64,000 bases of DNA from an uncultured Gammaproteobacteria bacterium (GCA_913060975.1 CAJXVC010000013.1:1536-65535); one strand, 5' to 3'; positions 1 through 11,892 are shown, counted from the first letter of the stretch. A program made the numbers and translations. The notes: generated from the letters alone by a model not told the origin.

Positions 1-1170
1 ACCATTGATATTCACCGCATTGTTGCCAATGAACTCGCGCGCCATCTTGTTGGACTTGGCCAATTCGGTGCTAACCAGCACTTCGATCAACCCGGTACCG
101 GGCGCGAACGTCGAACTGGGCAGGCCATCAAGCTCTAATTGCGCCAGATCACTGCTGGTCAGCGCACTTAATTTGCCACTGAACAGCGCCTCGCTGATGC
201 GCCTGGCTGCGGTCAGCCCTTCAGGGCCGTGCAACAGCTCGGTCACTTGGGCCGCCAAAATGCCCTGAGCCTCGGGTTTGGTCCCCGAATTTTTGTCTGC
301 TTCTTCTATAGCAGCTATTTCACTCACACTCAGAAAGGTGAAATAGCGCAGGAATTTGTACACATCTGCATCGGCGGTATTAAGCCAGAACTGATAAAAG
401 GCATAGGGCGAGGTCTTGTTCGCGTCCATCCAGATCGTGCCCGACTCGGTTTTGCCGAACTTGCTGCCATCAGACTTGGTAATAAGAGGCAGTGTTGCCC
501 CGAATACCTGTTGCTGGTGCATACGGCGAGTCAGGTCTATGCCGCCGGTGATATTGCCCCACTGATCACTACCGCCGATCTGCAAAGTACAGTTATAGCG
601 CTTGTTGAGTTCGGCGAAATCATAGGACTGCAGAATCATGTAGGTGAACTCGGTAAAGGAAATACCCTCACCTTCGCGCTCAATACGCTGTTTCACCGAT
701 TCTTTCTGGATCATGGCGTTAACCGAGAAGTGCTTGCCGATATCGCGCAGGAAAGACAGCACATCAACATTCCGGGTCCAGTCCAGGTTATTCACCAGCA
801 GGGCCTTGTTGCTCCCGGAGTCGAAATCCAGGAACTGGCTCAACTGCGGCTTGAGGCGTTCGACCCACTGCTCAACCACATCGGAAGAGTTCAGGGCGCG
901 CTCGCTGTCCTTGAAACTGGGGTCGCCGATCAAGCCTGTGGCTCCGCCCACCAGGGCGATTGGCTGATGCCCGGCCATCTGAAAGCGCTTCAGAGCCAAT
1001 AAAGGCACCATGCTGCCGATGTGCAGACTGTCAGCGGTTGGATCGAAGCCGCAATAAAGAGTACGGCTGCCGCTTTGTAGGTGTGCTTTCAAATCGTCAC
1101 CGCCCGCGAGCTGATTAATCAGCCCCCGCGCTTCCAAATCACCAATAATGTCTTGAGCCTGAGTTGCCAC
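1..1170 (-). CDS. tyrS: Tyrosine--tRNA ligase (3' end runs off the window)
   Basis: Manual translation from GTG at 1170 gives ...[16 protein letters not shown]...[13 protein letters not shown], the class I HIGH-region signature of TyrRS. It is absent from the ORF track because it is truncated. Confidence 0.96.
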   Translation of the reverse strand, partial: MATQAQDIIGDLEARGLINQLAGGDDLKAHLQSGSRTLYCGFDPTADSLHIGSMVPLLALKRFQMAGHQPIALVGGATGLIGDPSFKDSERALNSSDVVEQWVERLKPQLSQFLDFDSGSNKALLVNNLDWTRNVDVLSFLRDIGKHFSVNAMIQKESVKQRIEREGEGISFTEFTYMILQSYDFAELNKRYNCTLQIGGSDQWGNITGGIDLTRRMHQQQVFGATLPLITKSDGSKFGKTESGTIWMDANKTSPYAFYQFWLNTADADVYKFLRYFTFLSVSEIAAIEEADKNSGTKPEAQGILAAQVTELLHGPEGLTAARRISEALFSGKLSALTSSDLAQLELDGLPSSTFAPGTGLIEVLVSTELAKSNKMAREFIGNNAVNING

Positions 1171-1387
1171 TACTAATACCTGACTGCTTCACAAAACTAA
1201 CAAAAAAACTGTAAATGCCGACCAATGCAAGAGAACGTACATTTATAGTCGTGCTAAATAAGGCGGCGATTTTACACCAGAACAGCTTACTTGTGCGTTT
1301 TGCGTAGAAATACAACTGGGCAATTTTTAATCACTTGCTATAATCCTGCGCTCTTGACCATTGGCAACACAGCACTGAATTCGATCT

Positions 1388-2827
1388 ATGGAATTACTGG
1401 AACTAGGCAAAGCATTCGTCCGTAAATACTATCCTCGTGATCATTTGTATCTCGCGGGTGGCTTGTCGCTGTTTGTTCTGGTCCTACTACTATTGCCTGC
1501 CGGCGAATCAGATGAAGCAGGTTTAGTCGGGACCGAGGGGGCTGATGTCCCGCAAATGACTACCTCCATACCCGTAGCAGTCGCTCCGAACTCAGCAACA
1601 CAAGTAAACACTTCCCAACCCACAACAGCACAGCGCTCCGCACTTTCGGCGGATGATCTGGATGCCTTTGTGGTCTCGGAAGAAGCTGAACCTCTGGCCG
1701 ACATCACTGTCTGGCAGAACATCGAGGTCAAGAAAGGCGACACTCTTTCCACTATTTTCTCGCAAGTAGGCCTGAACGACCGCGATGTGTATCAGGTGCT
1801 GAACAGCAGCGATGAAGCCAAGGTCCTGAACCGCCTTTATCCCGGTTATCAATTGGACTTCATGATCCCTAATGAGGGAGAACTGGAACAATTGCGCGTA
1901 TTGAGCTCGCCGCTGGAAGGGTTTTTGTTCAAACGTGGCGACGACGGCTATCAAGTCGAACGGATTCTCAAGGAAGCGCAACTATCCCAAGCCTATAAAG
2001 TAGGCACCATCGCCGACAGCCTGTTCATGGCTGGTCAGCGCGAAAATATCCCCGCCGTCCATATCATGGAAATGGCCAATATTTTTGGCGGCGTTATCGA
2101 CTTCATCCTCGACCCACGCGCCGGCGACCAATTCAGCATTCTGTATGATGAAAAGTATCTGGACGGTGAATTCATCGGGCCAGGCGATATCATGGCCACG
2201 CAGTTCGTCAATCAGGGCCGCGTCTACACCGCGATCCGTTATGTCGACGAAGAAGGCGAGGTTGGCTACTACTCCCCGGAAGGCGAGAGCATGCGCAAGG
2301 CGTTCCTGCGCAACCCTCTGGATGTTTTCCGCATCAGCTCCAACTTCAATCCCAACCGCCGCCACCCTATTTTAAATACGATTCGTGCTCATAAAGGCAC
2401 GGATTACGCGGCACCAACAGGCACGCCGATACGCGCGACAGGCGATGGCCGTGTCACCCATGCTGGCCGTTTGGGTAGTTTTGGTAATCTGGTTGTGGTC
2501 AAACATGCTGGCGGTTTTGAAACCAAATACGCGCACTTGTCGCGTTATGCCCGCGGCATCAGCAAGGGCGACCGGGTGCGTCAGGGTGATGTGATCGGTT
2601 ATGTCGGCGCCACTGGTGGCGCAACAGGCCCGCACTTGCACTACGAATTTCTCGTTAACGGTGTTCATCAGAACCCGCGAACTATTCTGGATCGTCTGCC
2701 AAAAGCCGAATCCATTGACCCCACCGAAATGGACCGCTTCAGAAGCCAGACCGCTGATCTGTTGCAGCGTTTTCAGCAGATGAACTCTACGCTGACGCTG
2801 AACTTGAATCAGTCCACCGCTGATTGA
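1388..2827 (+). CDS. M23 family peptidoglycan DD-endopeptidase (MepM/OapA-LysM-like)
   Basis: N-terminal TM segment, LysM-like VKKGDTLSTIF, M23 motifs HKGTD and HLH; conserved tyrS-M23-anmK synteny. Confidence 0.9.
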   Translation: MELLELGKAFVRKYYPRDHLYLAGGLSLFVLVLLLLPAGESDEAGLVGTEGADVPQMTTSIPVAVAPNSATQVNTSQPTTAQRSALSADDLDAFVVSEEAEPLADITVWQNIEVKKGDTLSTIFSQVGLNDRDVYQVLNSSDEAKVLNRLYPGYQLDFMIPNEGELEQLRVLSSPLEGFLFKRGDDGYQVERILKEAQLSQAYKVGTIADSLFMAGQRENIPAVHIMEMANIFGGVIDFILDPRAGDQFSILYDEKYLDGEFIGPGDIMATQFVNQGRVYTAIRYVDEEGEVGYYSPEGESMRKAFLRNPLDVFRISSNFNPNRRHPILNTIRAHKGTDYAAPTGTPIRATGDGRVTHAGRLGSFGNLVVVKHAGGFETKYAHLSRYARGISKGDRVRQGDVIGYVGATGGATGPHLHYEFLVNGVHQNPRTILDRLPKAESIDPTEMDRFRSQTADLLQRFQQMNSTLTLNLNQSTAD

Positions 2828-2833
2828 GGCCTC

Positions 2834-3943
2834 ATGACGCAAGCTAACCTATATATTGGGCTGATCTCCGGCACCAGTGTCGATGGCGTGGATTGTGTGC
2901 TCGTCGAATTCGATGGCAAGCGCCCCAACCTGATCGCCAGCTTGTTCAAACCCAGTAGCGCCAAGCTCAGAGAGCGTATCCTGCACCTGTGTGACGGTGA
3001 GGAAATTACCCTCAAAATGCTCGGCCAGACTGATACCTCTATCGGTCACTTCTTCGCCGATGCAGCCACGGAATTATTGGAAGTCGCCAAGGTGCCTGCC
3101 AGTGCTGTTCGAGCCATTGGTAGTCACGGGCAAACGGTCTGGCATCAACCGGATGGTCGCTACCCCTTTACTATGCAACTTGGCAATCCCAACATCATTG
3201 CCCAGCAAACCGGTATCACAGTAGTGGGTGATATGCGCGGCCGTGACATGGCTGCTGGTGGCGAAGGTGCGCCTCTGGCACCGCTACTGCATCGCAATGT
3301 ATTCCATTCGCAGAATGTGGATCGCGCTGTAATCAACATTGGCGGCATCTCCAACCTGACTGTCCTGCCTCGCGAAGGCGCTTGCACAGCATTCGATACC
3401 GGGCCTGGCAATGTGCTGATGGATTACTGGATCGACAAGCATCGCCAACAACGCTACGACAAAGATGGCGCCTGGGCAGCGAGCGGCCAATTCAATCTCG
3501 GCTTACTCAACGCACTCCTGGACGAACCTTATTTTTCCCGCCCGCTCCCCAAGAGCACGGGGCGCGAGTTGTTCAATGGTCGTTGGCTTGAATCACGACT
3601 GGGTCGTGGCGGCATGGAAATTCCTGCTGCCGATGTACAAGCCACCTTGCTTACCCTCACCGTCACTACCATCGTCCGTGACTTGACGCGCTACTGCGCG
3701 CCGCAAGAGATCTACGTGTGTGGCGGAGGCGCTCATAACAAGACGCTAATGTCGGAACTGAGCAAAGTGGCGAGCGATATCTCTGTAACTTCTACCGCCA
3801 GCCTTGGCGTTGATCCTGACTGGGTAGAGGCCATCGCCTTCGCCTGGATGGCGCAGCAAACAGTTAATGGCGAGAAGATCGACACCAGCGCGTTTACTGG
3901 CGCCCGGGAACCGGTCTTTTTGGGCGGGATTTATCAGGCTTAG
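2834..3943 (+). CDS. anmK: Anhydro-N-acetylmuramic acid kinase
   Basis: GLISGTSVDGVD, GSHGQT, GGEGAPLAP, NIGGISN, DTGPGN and KSTGRELF motifs. Confidence 0.96.
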   Translation: MTQANLYIGLISGTSVDGVDCVLVEFDGKRPNLIASLFKPSSAKLRERILHLCDGEEITLKMLGQTDTSIGHFFADAATELLEVAKVPASAVRAIGSHGQTVWHQPDGRYPFTMQLGNPNIIAQQTGITVVGDMRGRDMAAGGEGAPLAPLLHRNVFHSQNVDRAVINIGGISNLTVLPREGACTAFDTGPGNVLMDYWIDKHRQQRYDKDGAWAASGQFNLGLLNALLDEPYFSRPLPKSTGRELFNGRWLESRLGRGGMEIPAADVQATLLTLTVTTIVRDLTRYCAPQEIYVCGGGAHNKTLMSELSKVASDISVTSTASLGVDPDWVEAIAFAWMAQQTVNGEKIDTSAFTGAREPVFLGGIYQA

Positions 3944-4035
3944 TATAAACTATCTAGAGTTAATCCATTCTCAGCTACACTTTCAATTTCTTTTATTCAA
4001 ACTCCCCGTTCTAATTATTCCAATGCTGGAATAAC

Positions 4036-4183
4036 GCGCTAGTCCAGAGGGTGTGGAAAAGCCCGGCTACTTGCCCCCTCCGGGGTTGCCCTCCCTCGGT
4101 CGGAAGCCCTGGAACGCGGTCTTCCTCGGTCAGTCGGTGCTGCGTTCTAATGCCGGGCTTTTCCACACCCTCTGGCCCAGCGC
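4036..4183. repeat. Inverted-repeat (MITE/REP-like) element
   Basis: Perfect 24-bp inverted repeat CCAGAGGGTGTGGAAAAGCCCGGC at 4044-4067 and 4152-4175, extendable to about 32 bp with 2 mismatches. Confidence 0.7.
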
Positions 4184-4264
4184 TTGCAGTTCCCATTGGC
4201 CATCATGCACACCCGCATTGCCTTTGAATCGAAGCCACTCCACTTTCCAAATGCGTATCACTTT

Positions 4265-4407
4265 GTCGGGCTGCGGGCTGTCTGCGCAAGTCACGTCAAA
4301 GGCGCACGCCGAGCGCAGCAAAAAGACCGCCTTTTGGGCTTTTTGCGAAGAGAGGACAGCCCGGAAGGCCGGCGCCAGTGACTTGCACAGGCGGCTCACA
4401 GTCCGAC
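4265..4407. repeat. Long imperfect hairpin / structured element
   Basis: 30-bp stem pairing 4265-4294 with 4378-4407; the 6 differences are all transitions, 4 of them G-U compatible on the + strand; internal hairpin GCAAAAAG...CTTTTTGC. Confidence 0.6.
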
Positions 4408-4529
4408 TCGAGGCCATCAGCCTGAACCAAGCTGAACAGGAAAAAATTTTGAGGATAAGAGCAGAATCACTTCTGTCGGTGAAAGTTCGGAGCAATCAGC
4501 ACCGAACAACTGAAGCAAGAATTAAACAG

Positions 4530-4883
4530 TTAGATAGTAAAAGAAGAACCGCAACCACAGGTACTGGATGCCATCGGATTCTCGACGACAAAGCGCGAGC
4601 CTTCCAGACCTTCCAAATAGTCGACCTTGGCGCCGACCAGATACTGATAGCTCAACGGATCAACCAGCAGGCTGGCGCCCTTGTGCTCGATGACAGTGTC
4701 GTCGTCGTTCACCGCCTCATCAAAGGCAAACCCGTACTGAAAACCTGAGCAGCCGCCACCGGTGACGAACACCCGCAGTTTCAGCTGATCATTGCCTTCC
4801 TCGGCAATCAGGCTGTGCACCTTGTTCGCCGCGTTGTCTGTGAAAGACATAATTACCGGTTCTTGTGACTGTACTGCTGACAT
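4530..4883 (-). CDS. erpA: Iron-sulfur cluster insertion protein ErpA
   Basis: [17 protein letters not shown] and TCGCGSSF motifs; start moved to ATG 4883 (MSAVQSQE). Confidence 0.95.
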   Translation of the reverse strand: MSAVQSQEPVIMSFTDNAANKVHSLIAEEGNDQLKLRVFVTGGGCSGFQYGFAFDEAVNDDDTVIEHKGASLLVDPLSYQYLVGAKVDYLEGLEGSRFVVENPMASSTCGCGSSFTI

Positions 4884-5008
4884 ACTTGGCTCTGCGTATT
4901 TTAAGGACTGTGAATATTGAGTCTGTTGAAAATACTGAACTGACCGGGAATTGCGCACTGACGCGCTCCGGCCAACACCCCGATTATCGCAATAACTGAG
5001 TAAAACAG

Positions 5009-5458
5009 TCAATTATTCTCGACAGCGGGCTTATCGAACTCCAGTTTCTTGTTATCTGCGCTCAATCGCTTGGTTTCGGCCTGCTGGCCACCGCTAATGT
5101 GCATCAGATTGCCATTGACCTCTGAGCCCATCACCATCTCGATCAGATTGTAATAGACGTTGCCTACAACCGTGGCTTTGGCAGCCAGCTCAATGTGATT
5201 GGCCGAACGCACATCACCCTGTACCAAGCCATTGATGATGGCAGAAGGGACGCAAATCTCGCCTTCCACAGCGCCTTTCTCGGCTACTCTGATCAGGGCC
5301 TTGGAGTCGTCTTCGGCGTAAATATTGCCTTTAACGCGCCCTTCGATGATCAGCTCGCCGCTGAAATGAATGTCACCAACCACCTCCGTGGAACGTGAAA
5401 CCAGCGTGTGAGCCGGACCTCCGGTCACTTTAGGTTCTGCTGATTTGTTATTGAACAT
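5009..5458 (-). CDS. Bactofilin (polymer-forming cytoskeletal protein)
   Basis: Beta-helix repeats ([21 protein letters not shown]); GGAGG RBS before ATG 5458. Confidence 0.88.
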   Translation of the reverse strand: MFNNKSAEPKVTGGPAHTLVSRSTEVVGDIHFSGELIIEGRVKGNIYAEDDSKALIRVAEKGAVEGEICVPSAIINGLVQGDVRSANHIELAAKATVVGNVYYNLIEMVMGSEVNGNLMHISGGQQAETKRLSADNKKLEFDKPAVENN

Positions 5459-5501
5459 TTGTCTTTCCTCCACGGATCTGGATCAACTGCCATTGCGAGA
5501 A

Positions 5502-6248
5502 TTACTCGCCTTCGACTACCCAAGTAAAATTCTGGCTTATATTTTTCTCAACTGGCTCGTCAGCGACGGCCGCAATTTGTACTCGTTCCGGGGTAAAACC
5601 CTCAGGAAGTGCCAGCTCACCCTCGATATTCTGAAAATAGCGAAAGCGCAGGCGCATATCCAATTGCTCTACGTCTTCGGAAATATCACGTAGTGGCAGA
5701 ATCTGCTGTTCCCCGCCTATTGTACCAATCAGATTCACATTCGCATGCCCGATCAGGTAGGTATCTCCATCGGCATCTTGCTGGCGCATGACCAGTTTAT
5801 AACGATAACGTCGCGATTGGTCCGTCGCACTGATATCAAATTGACCGATAGTCAGCCCGGTATCCTCAGTCTCTTCGTTCACAACCTGCCGATAATAGAC
5901 AATTTCCTGCTCTAACTGGGCAACTCGTGTTCGCAGCCCGGATATCGTTGACTGCACTTCTTCATTGGCGCGCTGATCCATCTGACTGGATCGATCCAGA
6001 ATCGTGATCTGTCGGCGCAGATCACCGTTTTCCGCCTGCAAGGCCGAGATCTGCTGCTGTAATTCCACACGCTCGGCCAGATCACCCTGTTGCTGGGAAA
6101 TCGTTGTGTAGTAGCCATAGCCAAAGCCGCCCGCCGCTGTCGCCGCGACCGCCAGCGTAATCAACAGAATAGAAACGAAGCGACGCCCCGGTCGATGGGG
6201 CACCACTACCATTTTCTGTTGTTTACTGCCTTTTACTACATTGGGCAT
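5502..6248 (-). CDS. Membrane-anchored coiled-coil protein (DUF6776-like)
   Basis: N-terminal TM segment, coiled coil, C-terminal FRYFQ...LPEGFTPERV; usual position between argC and bactofilin. Confidence 0.7.
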   Translation of the reverse strand: MPNVVKGSKQQKMVVVPHRPGRRFVSILLITLAVAATAAGGFGYGYYTTISQQQGDLAERVELQQQISALQAENGDLRRQITILDRSSQMDQRANEEVQSTISGLRTRVAQLEQEIVYYRQVVNEETEDTGLTIGQFDISATDQSRRYRYKLVMRQQDADGDTYLIGHANVNLIGTIGGEQQILPLRDISEDVEQLDMRLRFRYFQNIEGELALPEGFTPERVQIAAVADEPVEKNISQNFTWVVEGE

Positions 6249-6305
6249 ACAGTTAGCGTCTCCAGAAGATCACAACGCTTTGACTAAAAAGTTTACCCCT
6301 GCCGC

Positions 6306-7349
6306 CTAAGGCGACAGAGCAATGACCTGTAATCCGGTCTTTTCAGCGTAGCCAAACATGATATTCATACTCTGAATGGCTTGACCGGCTGCGCCTTTGA
6401 CCAAATTGTCTTCTGCTGACAAGACGACGATTGTGTCAGTATCTTCTATATAAGACACTGAGATCGCACATTTGTTAGAGCCTTTGACCATACGCGTCGC
6501 CGGTAATTCGCCTGCCGGCAACACATCGACAAAAGGCTCGGTAGCATACCGGGCCTCAAAAATTGATTGCAACTGCTCAGCAGTCACCTCGGCGCCGGGT
6601 TTCACTGGCGCGTAGAGAGTCGCGAGAATACCGCGAATCATCGGCGTCAGGTGCGGAATAAAGGTGAGCTTCACCGGTGCTCCGGCAGCCCGCATCAAGC
6701 CCTGACAGATTTCCGGGTGATGCCTGTGGCCACTCACGCCGTAAGCTCGAATCGACTCGCTGGCCTCACACAACAGAAACTCTTCGGCGGCCTTGCGGCC
6801 GGCGCCACTGACCCCTGACTTGGCGTCGGCGATCAGGTGCTGGCGATCGATCAAATCATTTTCCAGCAGTGGCAGAAAGCCGAGCTGAATCGCAGTTGGG
6901 TAACAGCCAGGCACGGCAAGCAGTTGGGCATCCGCGATCGCCGCCCGATTCACCTCCGGCAGACCATAAACCGCCTTGGCAACCAAATCCGGGCACGCAT
7001 GAGTGGTCTTGTACCACTGTTCCCACAAAGCAATATCCTGGATCCGGAAATCCGCAGACAAATCGATCACCCGCACACCCTGCTCCAGCAAGGCCGGGAC
7101 TGTATGCATGGCCACCGCATGAGGCGTGGCATAAAACACCACATCGCATTCGGCCAGCAAGGGCGTATCGGGCGCGGAAAAAGCCAAGTCGATGTGGCCC
7201 CGCAAGTTCGGAAAATGCTTGTAGATCGGTGTGCCAGCCAATTCACGGGAGGTAACCACCGTAATCTCGACCTGATCATGACCGGCCAACAGTCGCAGTA
7301 GTTCCACGCCTGTATAGCCCGTACCACCGATAATTCCAGCTTTAATCAC
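6306..7349 (-). CDS. argC: N-acetyl-gamma-glutamyl-phosphate reductase
   Basis: GGTGYTG, DLSADFR, PGCYPT, SGVSGAG and [11 protein letters not shown] motifs. Confidence 0.97.
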   Translation of the reverse strand: MIKAGIIGGTGYTGVELLRLLAGHDQVEITVVTSRELAGTPIYKHFPNLRGHIDLAFSAPDTPLLAECDVVFYATPHAVAMHTVPALLEQGVRVIDLSADFRIQDIALWEQWYKTTHACPDLVAKAVYGLPEVNRAAIADAQLLAVPGCYPTAIQLGFLPLLENDLIDRQHLIADAKSGVSGAGRKAAEEFLLCEASESIRAYGVSGHRHHPEICQGLMRAAGAPVKLTFIPHLTPMIRGILATLYAPVKPGAEVTAEQLQSIFEARYATEPFVDVLPAGELPATRMVKGSNKCAISVSYIEDTDTIVVLSAEDNLVKGAAGQAIQSMNIMFGYAEKTGLQVIALSP

Positions 7350-7560
7350 AACTCACTCCATTGTTTCGGTACAGCGCGGATCAGAGTAACCCGCCCAAGA
7401 GGGGTCGCTATCTTACACCGCCTCCTTAAATTTACGAAACCAAAGTAATTCAAGGCGTTAAATCAATAGCTTAGCAGCGACTGGCCTAGTTCCCAAGACC
7501 TCTGCCAATCGCTATCATAGCCGCTATACAAGCATTTAATCAGCAGGCAAGAAATCGACT

Positions 7561-7986
7561 ATGCTCTGGATCAAGGCCTTTCATATTATTGCCATCGTGA
7601 CATGGTTCAGCGGTTTGTTTTATCTGCCGCGCCTGTTCGTCTATCACGCCATGAGCGAAGACCAGATCAGCCGCGACCGTTTCGTTATCATGGAGCGCAA
7701 GCTGTTCTGGGGGATTACCACCCCATCGGCCATTGTTGCAGTATTGCTCGGTGCTTGGTTGCTTGGCTCGAATTGGAGTTACTTCATGGCCTGGTGGTGG
7801 ATGCACGCCAAGCTGGGACTCGTGGCACTGTTACTTGTCTATCATTTCCTCTGCTGGCGGCATCTGGTACAACTGCGCGAAGGTCACAGCACTCGCAGTC
7901 ACGTCTATTTCCGTGTCTTCAATGAACTACCGGTATTCCTATTGCTCGGCATCGTCATTTTGATTGTCGTCAAACCCACGCTCTAA
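7561..7986 (+). CDS. hemJ: Protoporphyrinogen oxidase HemJ
   Basis: WIKAFHIIA, LFYLPRLFVYH, MERKL and FNELP motifs. Confidence 0.93.
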   Translation: MLWIKAFHIIAIVTWFSGLFYLPRLFVYHAMSEDQISRDRFVIMERKLFWGITTPSAIVAVLLGAWLLGSNWSYFMAWWWMHAKLGLVALLLVYHFLCWRHLVQLREGHSTRSHVYFRVFNELPVFLLLGIVILIVVKPTL

Positions 7987-8020
7987 ATCGTCGCGGAGCT
8001 TTTCTTCTGACCCTCACCCT

Positions 8021-8821
8021 ATGACAAGTGGACTGGACACCAACAAGCCAGCAGTTATGTGCTTTTCCGGGCTCGATCCCACCGGAGGTGCTGGCATTCA
8101 GGCCGACATTGAAACCCTGTTCAGCATCGGCTGCCACTGCTGCCCAATTGCCACTGTGCTCACCGCACAAACTACCCAGAATGCGTTGAGCGCCACGCCC
8201 ACCGAGCCAGCATTGCTGATCGAACAGGCGCGGGCCGTGCTGGAGGACATGCAGATACAAGCCATCAAAATAGGCTTGCTGGGCAGTGTAGCGAGTGTCG
8301 AAGTTATTCACACACTGCTTAAAGATTACGCCGACATCCCCGTTGTGCTCGACCCGGTGCTAGTAGCCGGTGGTGGCTTCGAATTCAGCAATCAGGATAT
8401 TCAGGATGCGATACGCGAGCTGCTCATACCACTTTGCACCGTCCTGACACCGAACACCATTGAAGCCAAAGCACTGGCACCCAGCGGCGATAATCTCGAC
8501 GCCTGCGCCAATGAACTCATCGACATGGGCTGCGAACATATCCTGATCACCGGCACCCATGCGCAAACTGATCAAGTCCACAACCGCCTCTATTCACTGC
8601 ATCATGAAGCCAGTGACTATCAATGGCCAAGGCTGCAGTTTGATTATCACGGTTCGGGTTGCACATTGGCTGCCGCAATCGCCGGTTATCTTGCTCATCA
8701 TCTGACAGTGCCCGATGCTGTGCAGCAAGCCCAGCGCTTTACCTGGGAGTCATTGAATAGCGCCGAACGCCAGGGCTTTGGCCAGCACATACCCGATCGC
8801 AGCTATTGGAAGAAGCGCTAA
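8021..8821 (+). CDS. thiD: Hydroxymethylpyrimidine/phosphomethylpyrimidine kinase
   Basis: GLDPTGGAGIQADI, LTPN and HGSGCTLA motifs; start placed at ATG 8021. Confidence 0.9.
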   Translation: MTSGLDTNKPAVMCFSGLDPTGGAGIQADIETLFSIGCHCCPIATVLTAQTTQNALSATPTEPALLIEQARAVLEDMQIQAIKIGLLGSVASVEVIHTLLKDYADIPVVLDPVLVAGGGFEFSNQDIQDAIRELLIPLCTVLTPNTIEAKALAPSGDNLDACANELIDMGCEHILITGTHAQTDQVHNRLYSLHHEASDYQWPRLQFDYHGSGCTLAAAIAGYLAHHLTVPDAVQQAQRFTWESLNSAERQGFGQHIPDRSYWKKR

Positions 8822-8826
8822 GCCTT

Positions 8827-9468
8827 ATGACAAACCCAGTAACGACGCTGCATGGTCTCTATGGCATCACCGATGCGACTTTGCTGCCAGACGCACGTTT
8901 ATTCACCGGCGTAGAACAGGCGTTACAAGCTGGAGTACGACTCATTCAGTATCGCAACAAATCCGGCGATGCGCGCAAGCGATTGCTTGAAGCACGCCAG
9001 TTAGTTGCGCTCTGTGAACACTACAGCGGCTGCCTGATCATTAATGATGATGTCCAGTTATGCCGTGACAGCGGCGCGCATGGTGTGCATTTGGGGCAGA
9101 CGGACACGCCTGTTGATGTAGCCAGACACGAACTGGGGAGCGCTATAATTATCGGCGCCACTTGCCATCAGGACATAGCGCTGGCACATAAAGCACAGGA
9201 AATGGGCGCCAGTTACGTTGCTTTCGGACGCTTTTTCCCCTCTTTCACCAAGCCCGGCGCTCCAGCAGCGGATTTATCGGTACTGCAAGCAGCAAAAGAG
9301 CAATTGACCGTGCCGACGGTTGCTATTGGTGGCGTCAATGCGGAAAATGGCGCGTCGTTGCTTGCTTCTGGCGCTAATATGCTGGCAGTTGCCCATAGTT
9401 TGTTTGCAACGAACGACATCAAGGCTAATGCCGAAAGTTTATTGAATCTGTTTCAGCAACAACGCTGA
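8827..9468 (+). CDS. thiE: Thiamine phosphate synthase
   Basis: [25 protein letters not shown] and VAIGG motifs. Confidence 0.93.
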   Translation: MTNPVTTLHGLYGITDATLLPDARLFTGVEQALQAGVRLIQYRNKSGDARKRLLEARQLVALCEHYSGCLIINDDVQLCRDSGAHGVHLGQTDTPVDVARHELGSAIIIGATCHQDIALAHKAQEMGASYVAFGRFFPSFTKPGAPAADLSVLQAAKEQLTVPTVAIGGVNAENGASLLASGANMLAVAHSLFATNDIKANAESLLNLFQQQR

Positions 9469-9503
9469 AACTGACCTATCCAGAGTTAACCAGAGTTAAT
9501 TGC

Positions 9504-10796
9504 ATGAATCACGATAATTCCAGGAATCTGTTCGACCTGGCACGTAAATATATACCGGGCGGTGTTAATTCACCCGTGCGCGCATTCAAGAGCGTGGGCG
9601 GCGACCCATTGTTTTTCAAAGCCGGCGAAGGCGCCTGGCTAACCGATTCTGACGACAATCGCTATATCGATTACGTCGGTGCCTGGGGCCCGTTAATCCT
9701 CGGCCATCGCAATGAGAAGGTGATCGCAGCCCTGACCGAGCAATTGGAAAAAGGCCTGGGCTATGGCGCCTCGACAGAGGGTGAAGTCGAGATAGCGCAA
9801 AAGATCTGTGAACTCGTGCCATCCATTGAACAGGTTCGACTCGTTACGTCGGGTACGGAAGCAACCATGAGTGCCATTCGACTCGCGCGCGGCTTTACCA
9901 AACGCGACAAGGTTGTGAAGTTCGAAGGTTGTTACCACGGCCATGTCGACGGCCTGTTAGTGAAAGCAGGTTCAGGCGCTCTGACTCTGGGCGAACCGGA
10001 CTCTCTGGGCGTACCCAAAGCCTATACCAAACTTACCCATGTGCTGAGCTATAACGACATCGATGGCGTTAAAGAATTTTTTGCTGAACACGGCGACGAA
10101 ATTGCCTGCATCATTGTTGAGCCAGTAGCGGGCAACATGAATTTTGTCGCACCTGTGCCCGGGTTTCTGGAAACCCTGCGCGAAGTCTGCAGCAAACACG
10201 GCGCCGTATTGATATTTGACGAAGTCATGACAGGCTTTCGTGTCGGTTTAGGCGGGGCGCAAGGCGTTTATGGGGTGACTCCAGACCTGACCACACTGGG
10301 CAAGGTTATCGGCGGCGGATTACCCGTCGGTGCGTTCGGTGGCCGCAAGGACATCATGCAGCACATCGCGCCCAGCGGAGCTGTGTATCAAGCTGGCACT
10401 TTGTCTGGCAGCCCGCTGGCAGTCGCTGCCGGACTTGCAATGCTCAACAGCATCAGCGAGCCAGGTTTTTATGACAAACTCGGGTCGCAAGCTGAAAAGC
10501 TGGTTACCGGACTCAAAGAGCGCGCCGCAGCGGCCAATGTCCCCTTTACGACCAACCAACTGGGCGGCATGTTTGGCCTGTTTTTCAGTGGCGAGTCACA
10601 GGTTTCCCATTTCGAACAAGTCATGGCTTGCAACGCGGAGCACTTCCGCACGTTCTTTCATGCCATGCTGGATAATGGCGTCTATCTGGCGCCTTCTTCC
10701 TTTGAAGCTGGTTTTATTTCTGCCGCGCATGGCGATACCGAAATCGCCACAACACTCGATGCCGCCGAGCGCGCATTCGCTGCAATTGCTACCTGA
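9504..10796 (+). CDS. hemL: Glutamate-1-semialdehyde 2,1-aminomutase
   Basis: [29 protein letters not shown] and [10 protein letters not shown] motifs. Confidence 0.97.
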   Translation: MNHDNSRNLFDLARKYIPGGVNSPVRAFKSVGGDPLFFKAGEGAWLTDSDDNRYIDYVGAWGPLILGHRNEKVIAALTEQLEKGLGYGASTEGEVEIAQKICELVPSIEQVRLVTSGTEATMSAIRLARGFTKRDKVVKFEGCYHGHVDGLLVKAGSGALTLGEPDSLGVPKAYTKLTHVLSYNDIDGVKEFFAEHGDEIACIIVEPVAGNMNFVAPVPGFLETLREVCSKHGAVLIFDEVMTGFRVGLGGAQGVYGVTPDLTTLGKVIGGGLPVGAFGGRKDIMQHIAPSGAVYQAGTLSGSPLAVAAGLAMLNSISEPGFYDKLGSQAEKLVTGLKERAAAANVPFTTNQLGGMFGLFFSGESQVSHFEQVMACNAEHFRTFFHAMLDNGVYLAPSSFEAGFISAAHGDTEIATTLDAAERAFAAIAT

Positions 10797-10876
10797 CTGG
10801 AAACAGTCTATTAAATTGCACGCAGAACACTGATACCACTTTCTAACTATTCACTGAACTATAGCAGGAACATACA

Positions 10877-11878
10877 ATGGCGAAATACCACGTCTACGGC
10901 GTCGGCAATGCCCTGGTCGATAAGGAATTTGAAGTTAAAGATGAATTTTTCATTGAGAACGATATCGAAAAAGGCATCATGACTCTGGTTGAGCACGATC
11001 AACAGGATTTACTGTTGCGTGATCTCACCGATAAATACGGCGTTAAAAAACAGGCCGGCGGAGGCTCCGCAGGCAACACTCTTTATGCGTTGAGCCAATT
11101 CGGCGGCGAAGCCTTTTTCGCATGCAAAGTTGCCAATGACGAAACCGGCGACTACTACCTCGAACAGCTGGGTCACCACAACATTGACACCAACGTGTCG
11201 CGACGCGTCGAAGGCACGTCCGGTCGTTGTCTGGTCATGATCAGCCCGGATGCCGATCGCACGATGTTCACCTATCTGGGTGTATCAGCAGATATTTCCC
11301 TGCAAGAAATGGATTTTGATGCGGCGAAAAATTCCGAATACATCTATATCGAAGGCTATCTGGTGACTTCGCCGTCAGCGCGCAAAGCCATTACAGAACT
11401 GCGCGATCTGGCCAAAGAGAACAACGTCAAAGTCGCCCTGACTTTTTCCGATCCAGCCATGGTCGAATACTTCAAAGATGAAGTGAACGAAGCCATCGGC
11501 GAGGGTGTGGATTTGTTGTTCTGCAATGAAAAGGAAGCCATGCTCTGGGCCGGTACTGACACGCTGGAAGCCGCCTGTGAAGTCATGAAGACCAAGGCCA
11601 AGCAATTTGTCATTACGCGTGGCCCGGACGGCGCGCTAGCCTATGATGGTAAAGACTTCATCACGATCGCAGGACACAAGGTCAAAGCCATCAATACCAA
11701 TGGCGCTGGCGATTTGTTTGCCGGCGCATTCCTGTACGCCATTACCGCTGGGCATGATTTTGCCTTGGCCGGCAAGTTAGCCAGCCGCGCTTCAGCACAG
11801 GTAGTGACACAGTACGGTCCACGTCTCGACGGACCGGATCATGAAAAGATTCTTGGCGAAATACTGGCTGAGGGTTGA
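10877..11878 (+). CDS. PfkB-family carbohydrate/adenosine kinase
   Basis: GNALVD, GGSAGN and NTNGAGDLFAG PfkB motifs. Confidence 0.88.
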   Translation: MAKYHVYGVGNALVDKEFEVKDEFFIENDIEKGIMTLVEHDQQDLLLRDLTDKYGVKKQAGGGSAGNTLYALSQFGGEAFFACKVANDETGDYYLEQLGHHNIDTNVSRRVEGTSGRCLVMISPDADRTMFTYLGVSADISLQEMDFDAAKNSEYIYIEGYLVTSPSARKAITELRDLAKENNVKVALTFSDPAMVEYFKDEVNEAIGEGVDLLFCNEKEAMLWAGTDTLEAACEVMKTKAKQFVITRGPDGALAYDGKDFITIAGHKVKAINTNGAGDLFAGAFLYAITAGHDFALAGKLASRASAQVVTQYGPRLDGPDHEKILGEILAEG

Positions 11879-11892
11879 TTGAGAGCCAAATT

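Noticed and set aside
229..1002. 257-aa plus-strand ORF
   Set aside because: Antisense shadow of tyrS, which has clear motifs on the minus strand.
4053..4748. 231-aa ORF across the anmK-erpA spacer
   Set aside because: It runs through palindromic elements and antisense into erpA, and has no protein-like motifs.
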